Below are positions 1 through 12,123 of a DNA stretch of 32,000 bases, one piece after another; positions within the stretch are counted from its first letter, which is position 1; each line of letters begins with the position of its first letter. Under the pieces are notes generated by a model, which saw only the letters and a program-made list of their open reading frames with translations, was not told the origin of the DNA and did no database searches. Source of the stretch: Cylindrospermopsis raciborskii Cr2010 (GTDB taxonomy: Bacteria; Cyanobacteriota; Cyanobacteriia; Cyanobacteriales; Nostocaceae); the NCBI RefSeq assembly GCF_003367075.2, contig NZ_CP065936.1, positions 2,850,001 through 2,882,000 of the forward strand, read 5' to 3'. A program made the translations under genes and the position numbers.

Positions 1-1
1 A

Positions 2-1675
2 ATTGCTCAAGACACCACAGCTATCCGCTCCTTAGACTGGGATCGGGACCGTTTTGATATTGAGTTTGGGTTACAAAATGGTACAACCTATAACTCATTT
101 CTGATTCGCGGTGAACAGATAGCTCTAGTTGACACGTCTCATGAAAAGTTCCGTCACCTATATTTTGACGCACTCACTAGCTTAATTAATCTTCAAGATA
201 TAAACTATCTCATCATTAGCCACACAGAACCCGATCACAGCGGATTAGTTAAGGATCTGCTGCAAAAAGCTCCTGATATCACCGTGGTTGGATCTAAGGT
301 AGCAATTCAATTTTTAGAAGGTTTGGTACATCAACCATTTAAACGTCGGATAGTGAAAAATGGCGATCGCTTGTCTCTGGGAAATGGTCATGAATTGGAA
401 TTTGTCATAGCTCCTAATTTACACTGGCCCGACACTATTTTTAGTTTCGATCACCATACAGAAACTTTATATACCTGTGATGCTTTTGGCATGCACTACT
501 GCTCAGATAGCACATTTGATGACAATTTAGCCACCATTGAAGAAGACTTCAAATACTACTATGACTGTCTCATGGGACCCAACTCCCGCTCTGTGTTATC
601 TGCTATAAAGCGGATGGCAGAATTGAAACATATCAAAATGATTGCTACCGGTCATGGACCTCTGTTATACCACAACGTGGAGGAATTAACGGGACGTTAT
701 CGCACCTGGAGTCAAAGTCAAACCAAAGCGGAAAGCGTAGTAGGGATATTCTATCTCTCTGAGTATGGTTATAGCGATCGCCTGGCCCAATCCATTGCTA
801 ACGGGGTGATGAAGACGGGTCTAGGGGTAGAGATGGTGGATCTAGGTGGAGCAGTAGACCTACAGGAGCTACGGGAACTAGTGGGACGGTGTAAGGGATT
901 AGTTCTAGGAATGTCGCCAGTTTCCACCACTAATTCCAGCATGCAAGCTGCAGTGAGTACGGTTTTGGGGTCAGCTACTGAAAAACAAGCCATTGGTATT
1001 TTTGAAACTGGTGGTGGAGATGATGAACCCACCTACCCACTGTTAAATAAATTCCGAGCTGCGGGTTTAATGATTGGTTTCCCTGTGATTGAGATACGAG
1101 AAACACCGACAGAAAACACATACAAAAAATGCGAGGAAGCTGGGACTGACCTGGGACAGTTAGTTACCAAAGAGAAAAGCATCAAAGCGATGAAATCCTT
1201 GGGTGCTGATTTAGATAAAGCCCTGGGGAGGATTAGTGGTGGTTTATATATCATCACCGCCAAAAAGGGTGATGTTTCCAGTGCTATGTTGGCCTCCTGG
1301 GTAAGTCAGTCCAGTTTTAAACCCCTAGGTTTTTCCATTGCGGTAGCTAAAGATCGGGCCATAGAATCTCTGATGCAAGTAGGAGATCGGTTTGTCCTCA
1401 ATGTTTTAGAAGAAGGTAACTATCAAACATTGATGAAGCACTTTTTAAAGCGATTTGCTCCCGGTGCGGATCGGTTTGAAGGTGTAAAAACCCAACCAGC
1501 AGAAAATGGCGCTCCGATTTTAAGTGATGCTTTAGCCTATATGGAATGTGAAGTGGTAAGTCGGATGGACTGTGGTGATCATTGGGCGGTATATAGTACC
1601 GTCTATGCGGGAAGAGTATCTAAGCCAGACTCACTCACAGCAGTTCACCATCGTAAAGTCGGTAATCACTACTAA
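2..1675 (+). CDS. flv3: Class-C flavodiiron protein, Flv3-type (canonical diiron ligands); 5' end outside window
   Basis: Frame 2 is open from nt 2 (IAQDTTAIRSLDWDRDRFDIEFGLQNGTTYNSFLIRGE...), so the listed start at 284 is internal. It has a metallo-beta-lactamase-like diiron domain with H-T-E-P-D-H (nt 221-238) and ATGHGPL. A flavodoxin-like middle domain and a C-terminal flavin-reductase domain (GDHWAVYSTV...HHRK) follow. The subtype (Flv3 vs Flv4, A vs B paralog) is inferred. Confidence 0.85.
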   Translation: MAQDTTAIRSLDWDRDRFDIEFGLQNGTTYNSFLIRGEQIALVDTSHEKFRHLYFDALTSLINLQDINYLIISHTEPDHSGLVKDLLQKAPDITVVGSKVAIQFLEGLVHQPFKRRIVKNGDRLSLGNGHELEFVIAPNLHWPDTIFSFDHHTETLYTCDAFGMHYCSDSTFDDNLATIEEDFKYYYDCLMGPNSRSVLSAIKRMAELKHIKMIATGHGPLLYHNVEELTGRYRTWSQSQTKAESVVGIFYLSEYGYSDRLAQSIANGVMKTGLGVEMVDLGGAVDLQELRELVGRCKGLVLGMSPVSTTNSSMQAAVSTVLGSATEKQAIGIFETGGGDDEPTYPLLNKFRAAGLMIGFPVIEIRETPTENTYKKCEEAGTDLGQLVTKEKSIKAMKSLGADLDKALGRISGGLYIITAKKGDVSSAMLASWVSQSSFKPLGFSIAVAKDRAIESLMQVGDRFVLNVLEEGNYQTLMKHFLKRFAPGADRFEGVKTQPAENGAPILSDALAYMECEVVSRMDCGDHWAVYSTVYAGRVSKPDSLTAVHHRKVGNHY

Positions 1676-1694
1676 TCCCTAGTTCGCCAGTTTT

Positions 1695-1713
1695 GGGTGC
1701 GTTTAACGCACCC
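1695..1713 (+). other. GC-rich hairpin between the two flavodiiron genes (GGGTGCG-TTTAA-CGCACCC)
   Basis: Perfect 7-bp stem with a 5-nt loop, 20 nt after the flv3-type stop. No T-run follows, so it is not a classical terminator. It may be an mRNA stability or processing element. Confidence 0.25.
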
Positions 1714-1751
1714 CATAAACTTTAAATCACACTTAAAATATTGGAGATACT

Positions 1752-3458
1752 ATGTCAATTACTAAACCCCGTGATGTACAGATAATACCTATTGGTACAA
1801 ATACCATCATATTACGCTCCCGCAGTTGGACAAGATTGCGGTTTGAAATTGAATATGGTTTAGCCAAGGGGACCACAGCTAATTCCTTTGTCATTAAGAG
1901 TGATAAAATTGCCATAATTGACCCCCCAGGGGAAACTTTTACCAAGATTTATTTGGATGCATTACAAGATAGAATTAACCCAAAATCCATTGACTATATA
2001 ATTCTAGGTCACGTCAATCCTAACCGAGCTGCAACTCTAAAAGCATTAAGAGAAATTGCTCCTCAAATCACTTTTGTTTGCTCTAACCCAGGAGCAAAAA
2101 ACCTCAAATCAGCACTGGAAAATGACGATTTACCCATTTTGATCATGCGGGGTGATGAAACCCTAGACTTAGGAAAGGGTCATCATCTCCAATTTATTCC
2201 CACTCCCAACCCCCGTTACCCAGACCAACTGTGTACCTATGATCCCCAAACAGAAATTCTCTTTTCTGATAAGTTGTTTGGATCTCACTTTTGTGGTGAT
2301 CAGGTTTTTGATGAGGGTTGGGAGGTTTTTACCGAAGATCGTCGCTATTATTTCGACTGTCTCATGGCCCCCCACCCAAGACAAGTGGAAACCGCTTTGG
2401 ATAAACTGGCAGATTTACAAATTCGACTATATGCTACCGGTCACGGACCATTAGTAAGATATGGGCTGCAGGAGCTAACGCACTCTTATCGAGAATGGAT
2501 TAAACAACAAACTAATTCAGAACTTAGTGTAGCATTGATCTATGCTTCCGCCTATGGTAACACCACTACCCTATCCCAAGCGATCGCTCGTGGTATTACC
2601 AAAGCAGGTGTTAGGGTGGAGTCCATTAATTGCGAGTTCGCAGACCCAGAAGAAATTAAAAGTGCGATCGAAAAATGTGCGGGTTTTGTTATTGGTTCCC
2701 CCACCCTAGGTGGACACGCACCTACACCGGTACAAACAGCCTTGGGTATTGTTTTATCTACTGCAACTAATACTAAGTTAGCAGGGGTGTTTGGTTCCTT
2801 TGGTTGGAGTGGGGAAGCAGTGGATCTGCTGGAAGGTAAACTGAAAGATGCTGGTTTTAGATTTGGTTTTGAACCTATTCGAGTCAAGTTCAAACCTAAC
2901 GAGTCCACTTTACAAAACTGTGAGGAAGCAGGTACGGATTTTGCCCAAGCGTTAAAACGGTTTACTAAAAAATCCTTAGTAGCAAAACAACCTGCAACTA
3001 ATGTAGAACAAGCTGTAGGTCGCATCATAGGTTCTTTATGTGTGGTCACAGCAACTCAAGGAGAAATCAAAACTGGGATGTTAGCATCCTGGGTAACCCA
3101 AGCCAGTTTTAATCCTCCTGGACTGACTATTGCGGTAGCTAAGGACCGCGCTATGGAAAACCTAACTCATACAAGTAATCCATTTATTGTTAATATTCTA
3201 GCTGAAGGACGGGAAATACGTAAACATTTTATGAAGGTTTACGAACCCGGACAGGACAGATTTAAGGGTTTGGACATCACCGAGGGAAATGGGGGTGTAA
3301 TTTTAAATGGCGCTTTGGCGTACTTGGAATGTACCGTGCAAAGCCGCATGGAAGTGGGAGATCACTGGTTAGTTTATGCGACTGTGAATGATGGTAAGGT
3401 ACTCAATCAAGATGGTATGACTGCTATCCACCATCGCAAGTCCGCAAGTTTTTATTGA
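1752..3458 (+). CDS. flv1: Class-C flavodiiron protein, Flv1-type (non-canonical diiron site)
   Basis: 568 aa with the same three-domain architecture as the upstream gene. The ligand motif is replaced by H-V-N-P-N-R (nt 2010-2027), and PNLHWPD of the partner becomes PNPRYPD. The ATG is preceded by GGAGA (1743-1747). It lies 77 nt after the upstream flv gene. Confidence 0.85.
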   Translation: MSITKPRDVQIIPIGTNTIILRSRSWTRLRFEIEYGLAKGTTANSFVIKSDKIAIIDPPGETFTKIYLDALQDRINPKSIDYIILGHVNPNRAATLKALREIAPQITFVCSNPGAKNLKSALENDDLPILIMRGDETLDLGKGHHLQFIPTPNPRYPDQLCTYDPQTEILFSDKLFGSHFCGDQVFDEGWEVFTEDRRYYFDCLMAPHPRQVETALDKLADLQIRLYATGHGPLVRYGLQELTHSYREWIKQQTNSELSVALIYASAYGNTTTLSQAIARGITKAGVRVESINCEFADPEEIKSAIEKCAGFVIGSPTLGGHAPTPVQTALGIVLSTATNTKLAGVFGSFGWSGEAVDLLEGKLKDAGFRFGFEPIRVKFKPNESTLQNCEEAGTDFAQALKRFTKKSLVAKQPATNVEQAVGRIIGSLCVVTATQGEIKTGMLASWVTQASFNPPGLTIAVAKDRAMENLTHTSNPFIVNILAEGREIRKHFMKVYEPGQDRFKGLDITEGNGGVILNGALAYLECTVQSRMEVGDHWLVYATVNDGKVLNQDGMTAIHHRKSASFY

Positions 3459-6127
3459 GGGCGAGATCCTGTAACCAACTCAAGGGGATTAATGGGAGAC
3501 GGCAAATTTTCCTGCTTTTTAAAAAATGTCAGTCCATTTTCCCCCTTGTCTATAACAATTACGTCCCCAGCAACAAAGCTGTTTTCTAATATCTTGGTCG
3601 CTAGGGGATTTTCTATTTCCCGCTGGATTGACCTCTTTAATGGACGGGCACCATATACTGGATCGTACCCGATTTCTACTAAATAATCACAGGCATTGTC
3701 GGTTATATTTAAACAGATCTTCTGTTCTTTTAATAATTTCTCCACCCTTTGCAATTGAATGCGAATAATCTGACCCATCTCAGAACGATTCAAGGTGTGG
3801 AACAAAATTAGGTCGTCAATCCGATTAATAAATTCAGGACGAAAATGCGATCGCAAACTATCCATTACCCTGTTCCGCATCAGTTCGTGCTTATCCCCAT
3901 TCCCGGAAATATCAATGATATATTCACTACCAATATTACTAGTCATCACTATAACAGTGTTCCGAAAATCCACCACTCTACCCTGACTATCAGTAATTCT
4001 TCCGTCGTCTAAGACCTGGAGTAAGATATTAAATACATCGCCATGGGCTTTTTCCACCTCATCCAACAAAACTACAGAATAGGGGTGACGACGAATAGTT
4101 TCTGAGAGCTGACCACCCTCTTCATAACCAACATATCCTGGGGGAGCGCCCACCAAACGGGAGACAGAATGCTTTTCCATATATTCGGACATATCCAACC
4201 TAACTAAAGCATCCTCGGAATCAAACAGAAATTGAGCCAGGGCACGAGCAAGTTCGGTTTTCCCCACTCCGGTTGGGCCCATAAACAAAAAGGAACCTAT
4301 GGGACGGGATGGGTCTTTCATACCCGCGCGGGCACGACGAATAGCAGCTGATACTGCGAGTACAGCTTCTTCTTGACCAATCACCCTTTCATGGAGATGA
4401 TGTTCCAGTTTGAGTAGTTTCTGACGTTCCGATTCCAACAGACGATTAACGGGTATACCAGTCCATTTAGCGACTGTTTCTGCGATATCCGCTTCCGTGA
4501 CCTGTTCTCTTAATAGAGTAGAACCCTGATGTTGAATTTCTAATAACTGGGTTTCTTTAATTTCTCGTTCTCTTTGCACCCCTTCCAGTTTGCCGTATTT
4601 TAATTGAGCAGCTTTATTTAAATCATAATCTCTTTCCGCTTGCTCAATTTGTACCCTGAGTGCATCTTCTTCTTTCTTCAAACTACTAATGGCTTCTAAT
4701 AACTGCTTTTCTCCTTGCCATTGTTCATTCAATTTTTGTTGCTTAGTAGTTAAATTAGAGATTTCCTGTTCAATTCTGTCCAATCGTTCCCTGGTAGGAG
4801 CGGTAGCTTTTTCTTCTCCCGACAAGGACAATTTTTCCATTTCCAGCTGCATTAAACGTCTGTCAATGGTTTCCAGTTCTGAGGGTTTGGAGGTGATTTC
4901 CATTTTTAACTTGGCTGCTGCTTCATCAACTAAATCAATGGCCTTATCAGGTAAAAACCGATCTGCAATATAACGAGCTGATAAAGTAGCTGCAGCAACC
5001 AAAGCGGAATCGGCAATTTTCACATTATGATGGACTTCATAGCGTTCTTTAAGACCGCGCAAAATAGAAATAGTGTTTTCTACCGTGGGTTGATCCACAA
5101 AAACCTGTTGAAACCTTCGTTCTAAAGCAGCATCTTTTTCTATATATTTGCGATATTCATCTAAAGTAGTTGCGCCAATACATCTAAGTTCACCACGAGC
5201 TAACATAGGTTTGAGGAGATTGCTAGCATCCATAGCTCCCTGTTGATTGGAACCAGCTCCCACCACTGTATGTAACTCATCAATAAACAAAACTACCTGA
5301 CCATTAGATTCAGTAACCTCCCGGAGGACATTTTTTAATCTGTCTTCAAATTCACCTCTATATTTAGCACCAGCAATTAAACTGCCAATATCCAGGGTAA
5401 TCAACTGACGATTTTTCAGAGATTCAGGAACATCGCCATTAATCATTCTTTGGGCCAGAGCTTCAGCGATCGCCGTTTTACCCACCCCTGGTTCACCAAT
5501 AAGAACCGGGTTATTTTTACTACGTCTGGATAAGACTTGAATTACCCGTCTAATTTCATCATCACGACCAATAACAGGATCTAATTTTCCAGCTTTTGCT
5601 TGTTCAGTTAGATCTTGCCCAAAACGTTTTAGTGCTGGTTCAGAACCATCCCCAGACCCATTGTCTTTTCCAGAAACCTTTTGAGTCACACGGACAGTTT
5701 GGACAGCAGATTCTAACTTAGAAATATCAATATTTAAACCTTTAAAGATCCGTCTACCAACCCGTTCATCTTCTGCAAGAGCTAATAAAATATGACCTTC
5801 AGAGATTTCCCCATCCTTAATTCTCCCGCGAATTTCCTCTGCTCGGTCCAGGAGTAAATCTAAACTGCGCCCTAAATAGAGTTGATCCGTCTTTCCCACT
5901 TTCGGTTGGCGTTTAGTGTAGGCTTCTAATTGTTCTTGTAATCTAATTGGATCAATTTCAGCGCGAGTCAAAATACCCGAAGTAACCGCACTAGAAGTTT
6001 CTAGAATGGCTAAAATTAGGTGTTCTACTTCTAATTGTTGTTGTTGATAAGCACGGACTATATCTTGAGATTTAATTACAGCATCCCATGCTGTGTCAGT
6101 AAATTTATTTGGATCTGTAGGCTGCAT
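3452..6127 (-). CDS. clpB: ATP-dependent chaperone/disaggregase ClpB
   Basis: Two AAA+ modules (Walker A GEPGVGKT and GPTGVGKT), an N-terminal Clp repeat domain and a long coiled-coil middle domain typical of ClpB. The listed start at 6142 is TTG. The ATG at 6127 gives [11 protein letters not shown]..., a typical ClpB N-terminus. Confidence 0.95.
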   Translation of the reverse strand: MQPTDPNKFTDTAWDAVIKSQDIVRAYQQQQLEVEHLILAILETSSAVTSGILTRAEIDPIRLQEQLEAYTKRQPKVGKTDQLYLGRSLDLLLDRAEEIRGRIKDGEISEGHILLALAEDERVGRRIFKGLNIDISKLESAVQTVRVTQKVSGKDNGSGDGSEPALKRFGQDLTEQAKAGKLDPVIGRDDEIRRVIQVLSRRSKNNPVLIGEPGVGKTAIAEALAQRMINGDVPESLKNRQLITLDIGSLIAGAKYRGEFEDRLKNVLREVTESNGQVVLFIDELHTVVGAGSNQQGAMDASNLLKPMLARGELRCIGATTLDEYRKYIEKDAALERRFQQVFVDQPTVENTISILRGLKERYEVHHNVKIADSALVAAATLSARYIADRFLPDKAIDLVDEAAAKLKMEITSKPSELETIDRRLMQLEMEKLSLSGEEKATAPTRERLDRIEQEISNLTTKQQKLNEQWQGEKQLLEAISSLKKEEDALRVQIEQAERDYDLNKAAQLKYGKLEGVQREREIKETQLLEIQHQGSTLLREQVTEADIAETVAKWTGIPVNRLLESERQKLLKLEHHLHERVIGQEEAVLAVSAAIRRARAGMKDPSRPIGSFLFMGPTGVGKTELARALAQFLFDSEDALVRLDMSEYMEKHSVSRLVGAPPGYVGYEEGGQLSETIRRHPYSVVLLDEVEKAHGDVFNILLQVLDDGRITDSQGRVVDFRNTVIVMTSNIGSEYIIDISGNGDKHELMRNRVMDSLRSHFRPEFINRIDDLILFHTLNRSEMGQIIRIQLQRVEKLLKEQKICLNITDNACDYLVEIGYDPVYGARPLKRSIQREIENPLATKILENSFVAGDVIVIDKGENGLTFFKKQENLPSPINPLELVTGSRPQ

Positions 6128-6216
6128 TTTTACGACTTGCAATTTAAGACTTTGAATTTAGGACTTGCTAAATAAATATAACCTCCATATAACTTCCCCA
6201 AATCCCCATGTCCATA

Positions 6217-6606
6217 TTAACTCTTGGCCATCTGAATCAACTCCACTTTATACCCATCTGGATCTTCAACAAAGGCTATAACCGTTGAACCATGTTTCAT
6301 AGGGCCAGGTTGACGTACAACCTTACCACCACGGGTTCCAATGGCTTCACAGGTGGAGTAAATGTCATCAACTCCTAAAGCAATATGACCATATCCAGTA
6401 CCCAATTCATATTTTTCCACTCCCCAATTATAAGTTAATTCTATAACAGCATTGTCACTTTCATCTCCATATCCCACAAAAGCTAGGGTGAATTCTCCCG
6501 TGGGATAGTCCTTGCGACGCAATAATTTCATTCCCAGGATATCACAGTAGAATTCCAAAGATTTGTCTAAATTTCCCACCCGGAGCATGGTGTGTAACAA
6601 TCTCAT
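6217..6606 (-). CDS. gloA: Lactoylglutathione lyase (glyoxalase I)
   Basis: [29 protein letters not shown]...[13 protein letters not shown]...[15 protein letters not shown] is the VOC/glyoxalase I pattern. I chose the ATG at 6606 because the 191-aa extension to 6792 has no family resemblance and overlaps the eno start. Confidence 0.85.
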   Translation of the reverse strand: MRLLHTMLRVGNLDKSLEFYCDILGMKLLRRKDYPTGEFTLAFVGYGDESDNAVIELTYNWGVEKYELGTGYGHIALGVDDIYSTCEAIGTRGGKVVRQPGPMKHGSTVIAFVEDPDGYKVELIQMAKS

Positions 6607-6775
6607 AATTGACCTCTTCAATCTGGATTTGTAATGTAAAACAAGTAACAGGATAGCGGATTTGGTAAACTTAGGAGCAACTGCTGCACAATTACCGAAA
6701 ATATTCCTTAATCTCAACCCATTTTGCCCGATCACCCCATAAACTAATCTGTAAACCAAGGATAATACAGACTGA

Positions 6776-8074
<1,299 letters not shown>

Positions 8075-8094
8075 GGTAGTCCTTGGAGGAAAAG

Positions 8095-9483
8095 TCAACT
8101 TTGTAAAATTTGACTATGGGCACTGGCGATCGCTTGTCTAACTTGCTCAAAGCCAGTGCCGCCATAGCTGTTACGCGCAGCTACTACTTGGCGTGGGGAA
8201 ATAGCTTCATAGATATCACTCTCAAAGGATGGGTGTACTTGTTGCCATTCTTCCAAGGTTAAATCTTTCAAGAGCTTACCAGCAGAAATACTAGTTTTAA
8301 CTACTTTACCAACTATGTTATAAGCTTCTCGAAAGGGTACTCCTCGAGCTGCTAAGTAGTCTGCAACATCAGTAGCATTAGCGAAGTCCTCCGTCACTGC
8401 TGCAGCCAAACGTTCTTGGCGAAACTCCATACCTTCTCTTAATAGAATTGTCATTGCCTGCAAGCAAGACTTGACAGTGTTTACACTATCAAATATACCT
8501 TCTTTGTCTTCTTGTAAGTCTTTGTTATAGGCTAGGGGTAGTCCTTTCATAATTACTAACATAGACTGAAGATGACCAAAGACCCTACCTGTTTTACCTC
8601 TAACTAACTCAGGAACATCTGGGTTTTTCTTTTGTGGCATAATACTGGAACCGGTAGCACAGCTATCCTTTAGGTGGATAAAACGGAATTCTTCACAGGC
8701 CCATAGAATTACCTCTTCTGACAAGCGACTGAGGTGCACCATAATTGTACTAGCAGCAGCCAGAAACTCTATGGCAAAATCTCGATCACTTACCCCGTCC
8801 AAACTGTTAGCATAAATACTGTCAAAATTCAATAGCTGTGCGGTGTACTTCCTGTCAATAGGAAAGGTAGTACCTGCTAGAGCGCCACTACCTAGGGGGC
8901 AAATGTTTACCCGTTTGTACACATCCCCTAATCTTTCCCAATCCCTTTGTGCCATTTGAAAATAGGCTAGGAGGTGATGAGCCAAACTTAGGGGTTGGGC
9001 CCTTTGTAGGTGGGTGTATCCAGGGATGAGAGTTTCAATATTTTTCTCAGCTAGATCTAATAATACCTGCTGGAACTCCCTTAGGTGTTGACGGATTTGT
9101 TGGATTTGCTCCCGTAGGTAGAGTCTCGTGTCAGTTCCTACCTGGTCATTACGAGAACGGGCGGTGTGTAGTTTTTTTCCTACATCACCCACAATTTCCG
9201 TAAGTCGTTTTTCTACCGCAAAATGTACATCCTCCGCATCAATACCGGGTTGGAATTTTCCTTGTCGATATTCCTGACGTACCTGTTCTAAACCGGTCAC
9301 TAATTGCTCTGCTTCCTCTGGAGTAATGATTTGACTGTGACCCAACATTTTCGCATGGGCTTGGGAACCAGTAATATCATATTCTAATAGTTCAATGTCA
9401 AAAGTAATACTAGCATTAAAACGGGCGATAGTCGGGTGTAGTGCGGATTCAAACCTTTGGCTCCAAGTTTGTTTTGCGGTCAT
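8095..9483 (-). CDS. argH: Argininosuccinate lyase
   Basis: 462 aa with the fumarate-lyase superfamily signature [12 protein letters not shown], the TSRNDQV-like ARSRNDQV motif and typical ArgH length. Confidence 0.95.
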   Translation of the reverse strand: MTAKQTWSQRFESALHPTIARFNASITFDIELLEYDITGSQAHAKMLGHSQIITPEEAEQLVTGLEQVRQEYRQGKFQPGIDAEDVHFAVEKRLTEIVGDVGKKLHTARSRNDQVGTDTRLYLREQIQQIRQHLREFQQVLLDLAEKNIETLIPGYTHLQRAQPLSLAHHLLAYFQMAQRDWERLGDVYKRVNICPLGSGALAGTTFPIDRKYTAQLLNFDSIYANSLDGVSDRDFAIEFLAAASTIMVHLSRLSEEVILWACEEFRFIHLKDSCATGSSIMPQKKNPDVPELVRGKTGRVFGHLQSMLVIMKGLPLAYNKDLQEDKEGIFDSVNTVKSCLQAMTILLREGMEFRQERLAAAVTEDFANATDVADYLAARGVPFREAYNIVGKVVKTSISAGKLLKDLTLEEWQQVHPSFESDIYEAISPRQVVAARNSYGGTGFEQVRQAIASAHSQILQS

Positions 9484-9527
9484 AAAATCAATTTTAGAAA
9501 ATCTATTGTTTAGTTGTATTATATGGT

Positions 9528-10310
9528 TTAAGTTGGTTCTCTCTTCAATTTCTGGGCGGTACGTAGGATTTGACCTGCTAAAACTGCTGCGCCAAATCCA
9601 TTATCAATATTGACCACTCCCACACCAGCAGCACAAGAGTTGAGCATGGTGAGTAGGGGAGCCAAACCCGCAAAATTTGCCCCGTAACCAATACTGGTGG
9701 GCACGGCAATTATGGGACAATCTGCTAAACCAGCTACTACACTGGGTAGGGCACCTTCCATACCTGCTACAACAATTAGGACAGATGCTGAATTGAGCAA
9801 ATGACGATTATTGAGTAAGCGGTGAATTCCTGCTACACCCACATCCCAGAGACGCTGCACTCTAAAACCATATAGTTCAGCAGTTATAGCAGCTTCTTCA
9901 GCTACGGGTAGGTCAGCAGTACCAGCGGAGAGGATTCCTATTTCTCCAGGAAATCGCGGTGGGGTTTCATCGGGAGAAAGGGCACAAATCCTTGCTAGGT
10001 CGTAGTATTTTAGTCCCCTTACTTTTTTTTGTAGTATGGAATATATCTCAGGAGTAATTCGGGTAGCCATGACTACGGAAGCGCGTGGACGCATAATTTC
10101 CATGATTTGGGCAATTTGGTCAGGGGTTTTACCAGGTCCCCAAATGACTTCTGGAAACCCGGTTCTTAAATGACGATGGTGGTCAATTTTGGCAAATTCA
10201 CCTACAGATTCGTATGCTAGATTTTTGAGAGATTCTAGGGCTAGATCAGGACTAATTTTACCATTAGCTACAGCTTGTAATAGGGATTGCAAATTTTCTG
10301 GTTGAGTCAT
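9528..10310 (-). CDS. larB: LarB-like pyridinium-3,5-biscarboxylic acid mononucleotide synthase (PurE/AIR-carboxylase fold)
   Basis: The C-terminal PurE-like domain has [32 protein letters not shown] and NIDNGFGAA. The N-terminal region ([24 protein letters not shown]) is typical of LarB-family proteins. The ATG at 10310 sits 4 nt after the upstream stop; the longer listed start would overlap that gene. Confidence 0.75.
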   Translation of the reverse strand: MTQPENLQSLLQAVANGKISPDLALESLKNLAYESVGEFAKIDHHRHLRTGFPEVIWGPGKTPDQIAQIMEIMRPRASVVMATRITPEIYSILQKKVRGLKYYDLARICALSPDETPPRFPGEIGILSAGTADLPVAEEAAITAELYGFRVQRLWDVGVAGIHRLLNNRHLLNSASVLIVVAGMEGALPSVVAGLADCPIIAVPTSIGYGANFAGLAPLLTMLNSCAAGVGVVNIDNGFGAAVLAGQILRTAQKLKREPT

Positions 10311-10314
10311 TAAT

Positions 10315-12102
10315 TTATTCCCTAATTTTAATTTCATGAATATTCCAGAATGGACCACCGAGTGCGGAATATTTAATTCCCGTAAATCGATTACGCACTG
10401 CTACCAAGGAGGTGGAATTTATTAGGTAAATAAATGGTAAATACTCCTGGGTTAATTTTTGACTCTGGGCGTAAATTTCTTTCACCTTAGTTTCATCAAA
10501 TTCCTGGGCTCCTTGAATATATAGTTCATGAATTTTCTTTTCCCAGGGTGCTACTTGCCATCCTTCTATGGGTTTTTGCCCTGGTTGCGGTTTTTGATTA
10601 AACATGTGTAACCCCCCTTCAGGAGACCACACGTTAGCACCATCATTGGGTTCTAAACCACCAGTTAAACCTAATAGGGATGCTTCCCAATCTAGGGTGT
10701 TAGATAGTTTGTCTAAAAATGTACTCCATGCTAATGGGGTAAAATCAACTTGAATGCCAATTTTACTCAGATCTTGTTTGATTTGGGCACCCATTGCTTC
10801 CCGGATTTTATTACCAGCATTGGTGAGCAAACTAAATCTTACCTTGTTTCCTTGACCATCTTCTAATTGGTTTTGACTGTTGTATTTAAATCCAGCTTCT
10901 ATCAGTAATTCTTTGGCTTTTTGGGGATTGTAATTATAGACTCTTAATCCCTTTTCTGGTGGGAGATAGTAAGGACTTTGCACGGAAATCGGGGAATTTT
11001 GGGTTTGACCTAAACCACGGTAAATATTATTAATCATGGTTTCCCTGTCTACTGCATAGGCGATCGCTTGACGAAATTTTACCTGGTTAAACCACTGGGA
11101 TTTAATCGGATCCACTAAGGGTTTGTTATTTCTTTTGCCCTGGTTTAAGTTAAAGGAAATAAAACTAGTACCAGTGGAGGGTCCGCCATTATAAATCTGG
11201 AAATTTCCTTGTTTTTCCTGGACTTTTAACAATGAGAAATAATCAGGTGTGACTGATATAGCATCCATTCCAGCGGATCTAAATTGGAGCAAAGCTGTAT
11301 CTGTTGATTCCACAATTTGCCAAATAATCCGTTCAATGTAAGGTTGGGGTTGACCCTGGGAATCTTGACGCCAATAGTAGGGGTTACGACGAAAAATGAT
11401 TCTTTGACTAGTTTCGTAGCGTTCTAGTTGATAGGGACCGTTAACGATGATTTTTTCTGGAGGAGTGTCCACACCCCAAATACTCAGGAATTTCGGTTTA
11501 CCATCTTGGTCTTTTGTCACCACTGATTCTTGTAAGATGTGCGCTGGTAATATGGCAGCACCTACGCTTTGTAGGAAGGGTCTAAAGGGTTCGGGAACAG
11601 TAAATTCTACTCTCCTATTGTCTATTTTTGTTACTTTAGGTAGTTTTCTTTCTTTACCAATTCTCAAAATATCTCTTATATCTGTGGGTATTTGTTTATT
11701 TAGATAAATTTCATTATAAGTGAATACAACATCATCCACGGTGAGGGGTTGACCATCAGACCATTTTAAGTTCTCACGCATGGTGAAGGTAATTTTTAGT
11801 TTATCCTCAGAAATTTCCCAGGATTGGGCTAAATTTGGTTCTATCTCACCCGTCAGGGGATTTTGGCTAACTAATCCTTCGTAGGTATAACCAAATATAT
11901 TGGGAGACTCAGAACTTAAAGCGTAGTTAAAAGTTTTTGGATCACTGAGAATACTGGTTACTAATTGGGGCACATCCCTAACATTAGGGTTTTTAAAGTT
12001 ACTAGGATTGCAACCGGTTAGGGGTGTGGCTATAAAGCAAACTATAATGATAAATAATAGGTTTCGTTTTGCTGATTTGAGATACTTGTTGATTAAGGAC
12101 AT
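10315..12102 (-). CDS. ABC-transporter substrate-binding lipoprotein, family 5 (peptide/nickel/opine type)
   Basis: 595 aa with a signal peptide and lipobox (ATPLTGC). Length and motifs (KWSDGQPLTVDDVVFT, RNPYYW) fit Opp/Dpp/Nik-type binding proteins. No permease or ATPase gene is adjacent. Confidence 0.8.
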   Translation of the reverse strand: MSLINKYLKSAKRNLLFIIIVCFIATPLTGCNPSNFKNPNVRDVPQLVTSILSDPKTFNYALSSESPNIFGYTYEGLVSQNPLTGEIEPNLAQSWEISEDKLKITFTMRENLKWSDGQPLTVDDVVFTYNEIYLNKQIPTDIRDILRIGKERKLPKVTKIDNRRVEFTVPEPFRPFLQSVGAAILPAHILQESVVTKDQDGKPKFLSIWGVDTPPEKIIVNGPYQLERYETSQRIIFRRNPYYWRQDSQGQPQPYIERIIWQIVESTDTALLQFRSAGMDAISVTPDYFSLLKVQEKQGNFQIYNGGPSTGTSFISFNLNQGKRNNKPLVDPIKSQWFNQVKFRQAIAYAVDRETMINNIYRGLGQTQNSPISVQSPYYLPPEKGLRVYNYNPQKAKELLIEAGFKYNSQNQLEDGQGNKVRFSLLTNAGNKIREAMGAQIKQDLSKIGIQVDFTPLAWSTFLDKLSNTLDWEASLLGLTGGLEPNDGANVWSPEGGLHMFNQKPQPGQKPIEGWQVAPWEKKIHELYIQGAQEFDETKVKEIYAQSQKLTQEYLPFIYLINSTSLVAVRNRFTGIKYSALGGPFWNIHEIKIRE

Positions 12103-12123
12103 ACTATAATATACTATTAAATA

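Noticed and set aside
769-1263. Listed minus-strand ORFs inside the first flavodiiron gene (769-1032, 1033-1263). The same applies to ORFs of this kind at 1733-1945, 2169-2384, 2239-2454, 2552-3049, 3492-3686, 3795-3986, 4689-4973, 6878-7060, 9395-9613, 11447-11707, 12673-12867, 12834-13034, 15235-15435, 15529-15849, 16197-16481, 16261-16617, 16418-16714, 16548-16739, 17765-17971, 20484-20678, 22554-22742, 22767-22961 and 28565-28918.
   Set aside because: All lie entirely within, and antisense to or out of frame with, long ORFs that carry unmistakable family motifs. Their products are low-complexity or Ser/Pro/Arg-rich with no recognisable domains. They are typical shadow ORFs.
6635-6650. TGTA-N8-AACA (NtcA-like) in the gloA/eno divergent region.
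   Set aside because: The only -10-like hexamer toward eno (TAAACT) is 16 nt away instead of ~21-22. Toward gloA, the implied start site would fall at or inside the coding start. It is probably chance in AT-rich DNA.
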